Positions 37,716 to 47,027 of a stretch of 64,000 bases of DNA are shown in pieces (position 1 is the stretch's first letter; every line of letters starts with the position of its first letter). The stretch is from positions 402,757 through 466,756 of the forward strand of contig JAUVXV010000002.1 in NCBI GenBank assembly GCA_030603365.1. The letters are read 5' to 3'. The DNA comes from Candidatus Heimdallarchaeota archaeon (GTDB taxonomy: Archaea > Asgardarchaeota > Heimdallarchaeia > Heimdallarchaeales > Heimdallarchaeaceae). Under the pieces are notes generated by a model, which was not told where the DNA came from, searched no databases, and worked only from the letters and a program-made list of their open reading frames with translations. The position numbers were made by a program, and so were the translations under genes.

Positions 37716-38552
37716 CTAAATAAATGCTACACTAGCATATTCCTTTCCAAGCACATAATAGGAAATGATAGATTGCTTAGTTTCAGTTTTTGGAACTTTT
37801 CTGAATCGTCTGATAATATCTTTAGTATTTTTAGTATACTTAGAACTTGATGAGTAAAAAATACTCTCTACTTCCTTTGTTTTACTAACGATGTTAATCC
37901 TATGGTTTGCTTCTTTGAATAGATTGTGAGCTTTTCTATCTTGAGAAATATTGGTCCATTGAGTATGAAAATAATGGTATAGATTATGGTTTGTAAAAGA
38001 AAATGGAAATGTTTTCTGAGTGTTTACTTTCCCTTTTCCTTCTTTTACTAAATTGTCATTCTCTGTTATTGTATAGGCACTAATGCGCTTATTCAATTCA
38101 ATTGCTTTCTTCCTAATTTCGTTAATGTTTTTTGCGTCAGGAATGAACTTTACTAACTCTGCTGTGAAGAGTCCAGATGCAGGACCAATGGTTGGTGAAT
38201 CAACTAAATCAATCGTAATACCAGAAACCATTTTCTTTGCTAAAAGTGCATGTTCATAAACCGAAGGAGTGAAGAGTGAAGAGTGTATACTGATCAAGGA
38301 GTCATATTCTTCAGCAAGGAAAGTGTAGAGTTCTACAAATTCTTTTATGTTTGGAGCGAAAATATTTGCTTTTTTATCTTGATTTACAATCGACATTAAT
38401 CTTCCTGTGTTCAAGCTGTGAGTATGCTCTCTTTCAGAATAAATCTGTCCTTTAGAATCTTCTATTGAATAACCTACTGGGAAAATTTGCTCTTCTTTGT
38501 ATAGTTCCAATGGTATCTCTCTGGAGCTATCTATTACAATTGCTTGTTTCAT
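37716..38552 (-). CDS. Degenerate DegV family protein (paralogue 3)
   Basis: IVIDSS, ISIHSS and LVDS retained; the GGR and HxGPG motifs are lost. Confidence 0.65.
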   Translation of the reverse strand: MKQAIVIDSSREIPLELYKEEQIFPVGYSIEDSKGQIYSEREHTHSLNTGRLMSIVNQDKKANIFAPNIKEFVELYTFLAEEYDSLISIHSSLFTPSVYEHALLAKKMVSGITIDLVDSPTIGPASGLFTAELVKFIPDAKNINEIRKKAIELNKRISAYTITENDNLVKEGKGKVNTQKTFPFSFTNHNLYHYFHTQWTNISQDRKAHNLFKEANHRINIVSKTKEVESIFYSSSSKYTKNTKDIIRRFRKVPKTETKQSIISYYVLGKEYASVAFI

Positions 38553-38593
38553 AGTAACAGTCTATACTCACTTGGTGTTTTGATAAATCTTTC

Positions 38594-38854
38594 TTAATCA
38601 CTGATTTCGTTTTCAGATTCCTCTTGTTGCCTCTGTTTTACAAATTCTCTATAATCATCCAATGACACTTCTATTGCTATAGTTCCAGACCAACCACATT
38701 CTTCATTTTTACAAGAATGTTTGGCCATACCAAAAACAGCTGCTAAATAATTCGTTGGATAAAAACAAACTGGACAAACAGATACAACTTCCTTTATAGA
38801 ACGTTTTTTAATTGAAGGAATAGGGAAGTTTTTATCCGACTTGTTTTTAGGAAT
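38594..38854 (-). CDS. Small zinc-ribbon protein with an apparent non-canonical ATT start
   Basis: Not in the ORF track. GGTGA SD at 38860-38864, ATT at 38852-38854, then 86 open codons: (M)PKNKSDKNFPIPSIKKRSIKEVVSVCPVCFYPTNYLAAVFGMAKHSCKNEECGWSGTIAIEVSLDDYREFVKQRQQEESENEISD. Confidence 0.6.
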   Translation of the reverse strand: MPKNKSDKNFPIPSIKKRSIKEVVSVCPVCFYPTNYLAAVFGMAKHSCKNEECGWSGTIAIEVSLDDYREFVKQRQQEESENEISD

Positions 38855-38869
38855 TTAGTTCACCTTGTT

Positions 38870-39187
38870 TTAGAATTGTACTTCAATATTATTTGATGGA
38901 AAACCAAAGTCTTCAAGAATTGATTTAATCTTAAATCTATGATCTCCTTGAAGTTCAATTCTACCCTCTTTTTGAGTTCCACCACAAGCAAGCTTAGATT
39001 TCAGTTTCTTTGCTAATCCACCGAGATCTACTTCATTAGGATCAATTCCAGTTACAAGAGTATACTTTTTACCGTACCTTCTTTTTTCCATGAAAACTCT
39101 AATAATCTGTTCTTCTTTCGCAATTTCCTCGCAGACGCATAGGTCTTGAGGAAGACCACATACCATACATAATTCGTCTTCTAGCAC
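38870..39187 (-). CDS. Translation initiation factor aIF1 (SUI1/eIF1), GTG start
   Basis: [44 protein letters not shown]. Confidence 0.95.
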   Translation of the reverse strand: MLEDELCMVCGLPQDLCVCEEIAKEEQIIRVFMEKRRYGKKYTLVTGIDPNEVDLGGLAKKLKSKLACGGTQKEGRIELQGDHRFKIKSILEDFGFPSNNIEVQF

Positions 39188-39288
39188 ATCAATAAGAAAC
39201 GTGAAAGGTTATTTATATTTTTTCATCTAAACTTTTAATTAAACTAACAAGGAAATTATTAAAATAGAAGAACAAAATCTTAGGTTTA

Positions 39289-40908
39289 ATGACTATTCTA
39301 ATCGTAGACGCTCTTGCAGCTAATGAAGGACGTAGAAAGTTCTCTCGAGATGCAATAGGAGTAGGTCCACGATTATTAGCAGGGATTTGTGAAAAAAATA
39401 ATAAAGATGCAAAAATCGTTAGAGTAGAGGATATTTTAGAGAACAATGACTTCTTCAACCAAACAGATTTTGAGGTTTTTTTAATAAGTGGAATGAGTGT
39501 TGACAAAATAGCTGTTAAAAGAGTAATCAAGCATATTTACAGATATTCATCAAAATCTAGGGTAATTTTAGGAGGTCCAATAGTTTCAGACATAGCTATT
39601 GTGAAAGAAATGGATGTTTTAGCAGGGGTTGTAGGTGAAGGAGAATCCGTTTTAGAAGATTTAATCAGAAGCGATTTTTCTTTTCAATCTTTTGAAGATA
39701 ATCATGCCAAGCAATATGAACTAAATAGATTACAAGACATTTGGTTGATTAAACAAAACACACTAAGTACAGCTTCCATTTTTGATAAATATCCTGCTTC
39801 TACAGATCGAATTACTGATTATCCAGATTTTTGGTTTTCGAAAGTTTATGTTGAAATCACAAGAGGTTGTTCCAATCATTTTAGAGGAGAAATTGTCAAA
39901 ACAGAAGGAGGTTGCAGTGATTGTGGAAACTGTGAAGATCCTGATTCAGTAGTTACAGGAGATTGTCCTGAAGACATTCCTCCAGGTTGTGGATTCTGCT
40001 CAGTACCTGCTACATTTGGTGCTCCAAGAAGTAAATCAAAGAATCTAATATTAAATGAAGTTGAGGAACTTTTCAAAAAAGGAGTTCGAAGAATAATCCT
40101 TTCTTCACCTGGATTTTTTGATTATTATAGAGGAAATAATGAAGTTTCAATCTTTTCTCCTACAATACCAGCTGCCAATTTAACAATTATATCCGAGTTG
40201 CTTGAGGAACTCGTAAGATTGAGAGATCAACAGGAAGAAATCTGTAGTATTTCTATTGAAAATGTTAAACCTTCTCTTGTTACAGAGTCTTTAGCTAAGA
40301 TGTTGGGAAAATATCTTCCAGGTACGGCCATAAGTATAGGATGCGAAACTTTTGATACCAAACACAGCTCAGCAATAGGAAGACCAGCTTCATCAAATCA
40401 AGCATTAGAAGCAGCTAAGTTGTTTAAGAATGAAGGTCTAGATACGCAAATATATTTGATTCACTCTTTACCAGGTGAAACAGTAAAGTCATTAGAGATT
40501 ACTAGAAAAGTGATTAAGGAAGATTTGAAAGATTTTGTTGAAAAAATTACTGTTTACAAGTATCTTCCATTACCTAATTCTCCATTTACAATTACTAACT
40601 CTAAACAACCTATAGTGAGACATTTCTTAAAAGAAAAACGAGAAGAATTAAAGAAGAATATTATTGAATTTAATAAGAATAAGAAGAGAGATTTAATTGG
40701 TAAAAAACTTGACTTAATAGTTGCTGAAGAAGATTCTCAACGTCAAAACAATTACTTTGCTTATCCAATATTTAGTGGTCCAGCTGTGAGTGTTTATTCA
40801 GAAGAGAATATTTTAAAGCAAACAGTTTCTGCTGAGATTACAGAGGTGTTATCTGATAGACTAGTAAAGGGAAAAATAGTTCGAATTTTCAAACAAAGAG
40901 GTAATTAA
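39289..40908 (+). CDS. B12-binding-domain radical SAM protein with a C-terminal TRAM-like domain
   Basis: DAIGVGPR, ILGGP, EITRGCSN...GCGFCSVP (split Cys motif with a CSDCGNC insert), IGCET. Confidence 0.8.
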   Translation: MTILIVDALAANEGRRKFSRDAIGVGPRLLAGICEKNNKDAKIVRVEDILENNDFFNQTDFEVFLISGMSVDKIAVKRVIKHIYRYSSKSRVILGGPIVSDIAIVKEMDVLAGVVGEGESVLEDLIRSDFSFQSFEDNHAKQYELNRLQDIWLIKQNTLSTASIFDKYPASTDRITDYPDFWFSKVYVEITRGCSNHFRGEIVKTEGGCSDCGNCEDPDSVVTGDCPEDIPPGCGFCSVPATFGAPRSKSKNLILNEVEELFKKGVRRIILSSPGFFDYYRGNNEVSIFSPTIPAANLTIISELLEELVRLRDQQEEICSISIENVKPSLVTESLAKMLGKYLPGTAISIGCETFDTKHSSAIGRPASSNQALEAAKLFKNEGLDTQIYLIHSLPGETVKSLEITRKVIKEDLKDFVEKITVYKYLPLPNSPFTITNSKQPIVRHFLKEKREELKKNIIEFNKNKKRDLIGKKLDLIVAEEDSQRQNNYFAYPIFSGPAVSVYSEENILKQTVSAEITEVLSDRLVKGKIVRIFKQRGN

Positions 40909-40912
40909 GAAT

Positions 40913-41191
40913 CTACATACCACTCTTATAATCAATTCCTAACGCTAAGTACTTGACTAATTCAGGATCTTTGATTCTTAGAATTCTTCTTACCGTAAAC
41001 GGGAGAATTAATGCAAATACAATGCATGCTCCCCCAAACCAAGGATATATCCATATATTCCATTCAAGTAGGAAACCAATTAGGAAGATTATAAAACCCA
41101 AAATAATCAATAACAAGGAAACCCACCTGAATTGATTGTATATTCTTATTCTCCTTTGAAAGAATTCTTCAACATTAATTTCTTCTGGCAA
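40913..41191 (-). CDS. Small two-TM membrane protein
   Basis: Two hydrophobic helices; ggtgta SD-like sequence upstream. Confidence 0.65.
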   Translation of the reverse strand: MPEEINVEEFFQRRIRIYNQFRWVSLLLIILGFIIFLIGFLLEWNIWIYPWFGGACIVFALILPFTVRRILRIKDPELVKYLALGIDYKSGM

Positions 41192-41269
41192 TTTTACACC
41201 TAGTATTGAAAATTATACAGCTTTATTAAGTTTAACTTTATCAAATAACAATTTAGATATTTCTCTGAA

Positions 41270-41686
41270 CTAACTTGATGAATATATACCAGTAAAACGA
41301 TTATAGTTTCCTGTCAGTTTACCATTATTCTGAAGGAATAGAAGCCAATTGTGAATTTCACCAGGAAGAAAAGGAATTATTTCTTCAATTCTCAATTTTC
41401 TTTGACCAATTACTAAATTCCCTAAAAGATTGTATAAACCTCTTTCATAAGTAGCTTCAGCAATTGAAACAGTAGTAATCTCTTGTAAGTGAATCTTTCC
41501 TGATACGCTCAGAATGCACCAGAGAAAGGATTTCGCAAGGTCTTCAATTATCCTTTTGAATTCATCATTTACATTAGGACTTCGATATCTTTCCATCACA
41601 AAAGGGATTAGAAACTCCTTAAGGCTTTGATATTTATTTTCTACCATAGTTATTATTTTCATTAATATCCTATTAATTTTTCTCAA
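41270..41686 (-). CDS. Hypothetical protein, possible C-terminal winged helix
   Basis: ORF fills the gap; ends EIHNWLLFLQNNGKLTGNYNRFTGIY. Confidence 0.55.
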   Translation of the reverse strand: MRKINRILMKIITMVENKYQSLKEFLIPFVMERYRSPNVNDEFKRIIEDLAKSFLWCILSVSGKIHLQEITTVSIAEATYERGLYNLLGNLVIGQRKLRIEEIIPFLPGEIHNWLLFLQNNGKLTGNYNRFTGIYSSS

Positions 41687-41751
41687 AAAACCTCATTTCA
41701 TGCATTTGAAGACTAATCATTAAAAAATGGATAGATTAATATTACATTGTT

Positions 41752-42423
41752 TTGAAAATAGTAGTGATAGAAATGTTCTCCAAAAGAAAGAAAAAAGCTA
41801 AAAGTTTAAAGGAGCTATTTATTGACTGTAGTAAATCTACAAAAGAAGCATTCCATTCTATGGAAAGTGCTGTTTTAGCATATGTTGATGAAGATTTCAT
41901 TTTAGCTCAAGAAGAAGCAAATAAAACCATCGCTCTTGAAAAAAAACAAGATCGAGTTAAAGAAAAAATCTTTGAAAGAATGTTTTCTAGAGAAACAATG
42001 GTTTTTTCTCGTTCAGACCGCATTCAGATTATTGAGAACATAGATAAAATCACTGATAAAATAGAAATTGTTGTCAGAAAATTACTTCTTTATCAACATT
42101 CAATCAAGAACCCTTTAAAAGAGATTTTAAAAGAGATGGCAACTCTGAACAGTGTAATAGGTGATGATGTTCATAACTTATTAACAAATGTTTTAGATGA
42201 TTTTGAATCTGCTAAAGATTTCATTACAAAAATTACAGATTTGAGAAGAGAAGTAAGAGAAAAGCAATGGCATTTGCAGAAATTAAATTATGAATATCAG
42301 CAAGATGATCATTTATCTTTCAGATATGTTGAATCTCTTGCAAAATATCTCATGGAAACAGCTGATAGAGCTGAAATATTTGCAGATAGAGTATTCGTTC
42401 TGATTTACAAATATACACTTTGA
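41752..42423 (+). CDS. DUF47/PhoU-like phosphate transport regulator
   Basis: LEKKQD, FSRSD..IENIDKITD, ADRAE..AD; directly upstream of PiT. Confidence 0.8.
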   Translation: MKIVVIEMFSKRKKKAKSLKELFIDCSKSTKEAFHSMESAVLAYVDEDFILAQEEANKTIALEKKQDRVKEKIFERMFSRETMVFSRSDRIQIIENIDKITDKIEIVVRKLLLYQHSIKNPLKEILKEMATLNSVIGDDVHNLLTNVLDDFESAKDFITKITDLRREVREKQWHLQKLNYEYQQDDHLSFRYVESLAKYLMETADRAEIFADRVFVLIYKYTL

Positions 42424-42448
42424 TTGAAAAACGGAGTAGATTAACCAT

Positions 42449-43474
42449 ATGGATCCAATAGTCATAGTTTTATTAATTTTGATGTTAGCTCTTGCTTTTG
42501 GAATAGGAGCAAACGATGAAACTATGGCAACACTTGTTGGAAGTCGTTCCATAAAAACAAAATATGCAATCATCTTAGGATCGGTACTAGCATTTGTGGG
42601 AGTTATATTCTTATCAGAACAGGTCGGAAAAACGATTGGTGAAAACCTTTTAGGAGAAAATGTGGAATATAACAATTTCATGCTTTTTGCAATTATAGTC
42701 AGTACAACAATATGGTTAATTGTAGCTTCACAAACAGGAGCTCCTATCTCAACAACACATTCTGTTGTTGGTTCAGTTTTTGGGGTTGCAATAGTCTGGA
42801 GTTTCCAGCAAGGGGGTTCATTTCTGGAATCTCTAAATTGGGGAAAATTAGGAGAAGTAGCTATCGGATGGGTTTTATCTCCTCTTTTAGGTTTGATTGG
42901 AGCATTTCTATTAAAAATTCTGGTTAACAAAATTATATCCAAAGTTCAACGGGGATTAGAAAGACTAGAAAAAATAGAAAAGGTTTCTTCTTTTCTTTTA
43001 ATTGGAATAATTAGTTGGACACAAGTTAGTAGAGGTGGGAATGATTCTGCTAATGCTTTGGGAATTCTATATGGATTGATAGAGAAAGGAGGGGAAGATG
43101 CAGAGATACTAAAACAGAATAAGATCTATTTACTAATTGGTACAGGAGTGATGCTATCTCTTGGACTTCTGATAATTGGAAGAAAAGTCATCAAAAATGT
43201 TGGAAATAACCTGTTGGATTTGAAACCTTCTGATGGTTTAAGCATTGAGCTTTCAACGAGTATAGTTTTGTTCGTTGCAACAATTTTAGGATTTCCAGTT
43301 TCAGGTACCCATGTACTTGTGTTTGCAATTATAGGTGCGGGTTTTGTTAAAGGTGAACGACCAGAAAAGAAATCTTTCAGAAAAATGATTATAAGTTGGC
43401 TAATAACTTTTCCAGTTGCTGCAACATTATCAGCAGTACTTTATGGTTCACTATATGCAATATTTATCATATAA
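42449..43474 (+). CDS. PiT family inorganic phosphate transporter
   Basis: IGAND, GAPISTTHSVVG, GGNDSAN, GFPVSGTH. Confidence 0.92.
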   Translation: MDPIVIVLLILMLALAFGIGANDETMATLVGSRSIKTKYAIILGSVLAFVGVIFLSEQVGKTIGENLLGENVEYNNFMLFAIIVSTTIWLIVASQTGAPISTTHSVVGSVFGVAIVWSFQQGGSFLESLNWGKLGEVAIGWVLSPLLGLIGAFLLKILVNKIISKVQRGLERLEKIEKVSSFLLIGIISWTQVSRGGNDSANALGILYGLIEKGGEDAEILKQNKIYLLIGTGVMLSLGLLIIGRKVIKNVGNNLLDLKPSDGLSIELSTSIVLFVATILGFPVSGTHVLVFAIIGAGFVKGERPEKKSFRKMIISWLITFPVAATLSAVLYGSLYAIFII

Positions 43475-43500
43475 AATGAATTTTAGAGAAAGAGATTAAA

Positions 43501-43647
43501 TTATCGAGCTTTTACAGGTTTTGCTATCAATGATCTTTGTTTTATAAGAATTCTATTAGAGCATTTTGGACATTTAACTCCTGGTAATAATCGCAATTCA
43601 CTAGGTGTTATTTCATTCTTACATCTTTGGCAAACGTATTTTGTCAT
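43501..43647 (-). CDS. rpo12: RNA polymerase subunit Rpo12 (P)
   Basis: Not in the ORF track (48 aa): MTKYVCQRCKNEITPSELRLLPGVKCPKCSNRILIKQRSLIAKPVKAR. Confidence 0.9.
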   Translation of the reverse strand: MTKYVCQRCKNEITPSELRLLPGVKCPKCSNRILIKQRSLIAKPVKAR

Positions 43648-43732
43648 CGTTTTTCACTTTATCCGTTCATTCTTAATCTTTTCTGTTGATGATTGATAGT
43701 AATTGCAGATTTGAGAATAATTTAGCTTTAAA

Positions 43733-45259
43733 TCACTTCTCTCCTGTAGTGAATTCCTCGAAACCAGCTTCTTCATCCATTAGTTCTCCTAAAGCTATTT
43801 CCAAGTCCTCGATTGGTAGTTTAATCTGTTTCATAGTATCTCTATCTCTAATTGTAATTGAAAATTCTTTCAAAGAATCATAATCAACAGTAACACAGTA
43901 GGGGATACCTATTTCATCTGCTCTTGCGTATCTCTTACCAATTTTTCCGCTTTCATCATAATATGAAAGATAACCTGCATCTTTTAGTTCGTTGTGAATT
44001 TCTTGAGCTAATTCTGCTAATCCATCCTTTTTCATCAGAGGGAAAACAGCTACTTCTAAGGGTGCAATAGGTGGTGGAAATTGGAACCAACTCCATCCCC
44101 TTTCATCTTCTCTATAACACTTTTCCAAGACGGTATAGAAAATTCTCCCTACTCCGAGAGAAGGTTCACAAACATGAGGTACAATCTTTTTCCCATCAGG
44201 AGAAACAATTTCAAATGCAGAATTTGTTGCTTTAGCATGTTTTTGAAGGTCATAGTCTGTTCGTAAAGCATTACCAATTATTTCCATATGACCAATTGAT
44301 AAATTAGCTTCTAAGTCGAAATTCCCTGCAGAATAGTGTGGTGCTTCATGATCTTGCATGTGTCTAAACCAAAAATCATCTTCAGGAATACCGAATTCTT
44401 TTAACAACAGTGTCTCCATTGCAAGATAATAAGCTAGATACTGATTAGGGATTATTCCATCATCAACTGCTTTTTCAGCTGTAATCTTGAGTAACTTTTC
44501 CCATCCTTTTTCTTGCATCTCACGAGTAACAATATTGATTTCTATATCAGCTACTTCTTGAAAACGTGGATGTTCATTCTCTTTAGCAGGATCATAGAAC
44601 ATCTCTATTTCCATCTGTTCAAATTCTCTACCTCTTATCAAGAAGTTTCTAGGTGAAATCTCATTACGAAATGCTGAACCCATTTGAGCTATACCAAAGG
44701 GAAGTTTATTTCTCATGAAATTTGCTAAGCGTTTGAAATTGATGAAAATATTTTGAGCAGTTTCTGGTCGGAGATAACCTTTAATTCCTCCTGTGGAGCC
44801 TATCTCAGTTTTGAACATTAAATTGAAGTCTCTAGCTTTTGATAATGGACCTTTACAGCTAGGACATTCTATTTTATTTTCAGCTATTATCTTATCTAGT
44901 TCATCTAAAGAAAGACCTTCAGCGCTAGTACCTGTGATACGTTTGATTGTATCATCAGCTTTGAACATAGATTTACATTTTTCACATTGAATAAGAGGGT
45001 CATCAAAAGAATCTAGATGACCAGATGCTTTGAATACAGATTCAGGTAACATTGTTGAGCCTGCAATTTCAAAGATATTATCTTCATCTAAAACAAAACT
45101 TTGCCTCCATAAGTCGATAATCTTTTGTCTCATTAGTGTTCCAAGAGGTCCATAATCATAAAATCCTCCAGCACCACCATAAATTTCAGCTGTAGGACTA
45201 ACAAATCCTCTTCTTAAACAAACTTCAATGATTTTATCCATAAACCTTTCTTCAGACAT
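43733..45259 (-). CDS. glyS: Glycyl-tRNA synthetase (alpha2, archaeal/eukaryal type)
   Basis: FYDYGPLG, ASGH, FNLMF, LRPETAQ, FRNEISPR, REFEQMEIE, EPSLGVGR, IGKRYARADEIG. Confidence 0.96.
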   Translation of the reverse strand: MSEERFMDKIIEVCLRRGFVSPTAEIYGGAGGFYDYGPLGTLMRQKIIDLWRQSFVLDEDNIFEIAGSTMLPESVFKASGHLDSFDDPLIQCEKCKSMFKADDTIKRITGTSAEGLSLDELDKIIAENKIECPSCKGPLSKARDFNLMFKTEIGSTGGIKGYLRPETAQNIFINFKRLANFMRNKLPFGIAQMGSAFRNEISPRNFLIRGREFEQMEIEMFYDPAKENEHPRFQEVADIEINIVTREMQEKGWEKLLKITAEKAVDDGIIPNQYLAYYLAMETLLLKEFGIPEDDFWFRHMQDHEAPHYSAGNFDLEANLSIGHMEIIGNALRTDYDLQKHAKATNSAFEIVSPDGKKIVPHVCEPSLGVGRIFYTVLEKCYREDERGWSWFQFPPPIAPLEVAVFPLMKKDGLAELAQEIHNELKDAGYLSYYDESGKIGKRYARADEIGIPYCVTVDYDSLKEFSITIRDRDTMKQIKLPIEDLEIALGELMDEEAGFEEFTTGEK

Positions 45260-45336
45260 TTCTATACAAAGGCTTCAAAAGAAAAGTGATTAATAAAAGC
45301 TTTGAACAAAGTCAAAAAAAAGAAACTAAAGGAAGA

Positions 45337-45630
45337 TTATCTGGTTATTTCTAGTTCTTGTACAATTTCTGCATACCGATTTCTTATTGTAGATTCAGGA
45401 ACCGAGGAAGCTTTTGCTATCTGTTTCTGAGTTCTTCTGTCATCTTCCAAGATTCCAGAGATATAGATTAACGCTGCAGCAGAGCCTTCAGCTTTTTTTC
45501 CAGATATAAGATATCCTTCTTTCGCTCGTTTTAAGATGTCTAATGCTCTTAAAACAGTGTTTTCTTATAATTCCAGTGATGAAGCATATTCCTTTATCAA
45601 ATCTTGTATTTTTCTTTCAGTCATAAGCAT
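45337..45630 (-). pseudogene. Stand-alone TFB second cyclin repeat (mini-TFB) interrupted by one in-frame TAA at 45565-45567
   Basis: MLMTERKIQDLIKEYASSLEL*ENTVLRALDILKRAKEGYLISGKKAEGSAAALIYISGILEDDRRTQKQIAKASSVPESTIRNRYAEIVQELEITR aligns without gaps to the C-terminus of the adjacent TFB. Confidence 0.8.
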
Positions 45631-45716
45631 CAAAAGCTAAAAATCTCATACTGTTTAAAAAGGTACTCAAAAAATTGACGAAAAAATAAGAAGGAAAAAG
45701 AAAAATGAAGAGGAAG

Positions 45717-46661
45717 TTAGATGGTAACTTCTATTTTGAGTTTTCGTACTAATTCTTTGTATCTGTTTCTGACAGTTACTTCAGTAACAGTGGCAGTTTC
45801 AGCAATTTCTCGCTGAGTTCGCCTCTCTCCTTCAGTAATACCAGCAATATAGATTGATGCAGCTGCTAGACCAGTTGGATCTTTTCCAGCTGTCAGATTA
45901 TGTTCTTTTGCTCTGTTGAGTAATTCAACAGCTTTTCGTGCAGTTCTTCCGCTTAAACGGAGTTCTGCTGCGAAACGAACGATATAATCAGTTGGGTTAG
46001 CTAAAGGAATTTTAATATCAAGCTCCCTGATTATAAGTCTATAGCATCTTCCGAGTTCTTTCTTGGAAATTCTTGAATGACGAGCTATTTCATCTAGTGT
46101 TCGGGGAACACGTCGAATACGTGCTCCAGCATAGGCTGTTGCACCAATCATAGCTTCGATTGAACGTCCTCGGATCAATCTCTTTTCTATTGCTTTACGA
46201 TAAATATTTGCTGCTGTTTCGTTTACACTTCGAGGAATTCCTAGCTGTGATGATAAACGATCTAATTCGGACATGGCATATGCGAGATTACGATCAATTG
46301 AACTGTGTACTCTAGTTCTGATTTGCCATTTTCTGAGACGATAGATTTGCGCTCTTCTCTTAGGAGATAGTTTCTTACCATAGACATCTCGATCTTCCCA
46401 ACCTATTTGTGTTGAAAGTCCTTTGTCATGGATGGTGATAGTAGTAGGTGAACCAACACGACTCCTTTTAGAGCGTTCTTCAGCGGTGAAGGCTCTCCAT
46501 TCAGGACCATCGTCTATCAGCTTTTCCTCTACGACTGTACCACAGTTACGGCAAATATGTTCTCCTCTAGTCTCATCCAGAATAACATCTGTGCTTCCAC
46601 ACTCGGGACATTCCATATCCTCTTCCTCTTCTCTATAGGATGAATCTTGTTTTTTGCTCAT
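45717..46661 (-). CDS. tfb: Transcription initiation factor IIB (TFB)
   Basis: CPECG..CRNCG zinc ribbon, GPEWRAF B-reader, DKGLST, RLRKWQ, LIRGRSIE, TEVTVRNRYKEL. Confidence 0.97.
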   Translation of the reverse strand: MSKKQDSSYREEEEDMECPECGSTDVILDETRGEHICRNCGTVVEEKLIDDGPEWRAFTAEERSKRSRVGSPTTITIHDKGLSTQIGWEDRDVYGKKLSPKRRAQIYRLRKWQIRTRVHSSIDRNLAYAMSELDRLSSQLGIPRSVNETAANIYRKAIEKRLIRGRSIEAMIGATAYAGARIRRVPRTLDEIARHSRISKKELGRCYRLIIRELDIKIPLANPTDYIVRFAAELRLSGRTARKAVELLNRAKEHNLTAGKDPTGLAAASIYIAGITEGERRTQREIAETATVTEVTVRNRYKELVRKLKIEVTI

Positions 46662-47027
46662 TCTTTTATCTACCTACAATTTTTCTATTATTTTCTTAGC
46701 GAAAATGAAGCTTTGCATTACTTCTAGTTGTGGAATTATTTTTGGGGTATTTACGTTGGATTAGTTGCTAGTATTCGATGAGAATCTCTACTCTATTACA
46801 TGTTTAGAACTGTAAAATAGAGAGTCACCCACCAATTTACCAGACTTTTTTTTGAGTTCCGACTTTTAAATCTTTCTCTTTTTATACTTTTCGCTACTCT
46901 TAAAACCTTAGTATCCCATATATAAACCTTTGTGTTACCAAAGGAACATGATGTAAGATTTTAGGAAAGATTTACCGCTTCACATCAACCATATTTTTTT
47001 AGTTTGAAAATACATGATATATTAATT

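Noticed and set aside
42313-42942. 209-aa minus-strand ORF, representative of the many short ORFs nested in or antisense to long genes
   Set aside because: Shadow ORFs overlapping well-supported genes (here the PiT transporter)
45565-45567. Sec/Pyl recoding or an alternative genetic code at the mini-TFB stop
   Set aside because: The codon is TAA, not TGA/TAG, and TAA terminates many genes in the window
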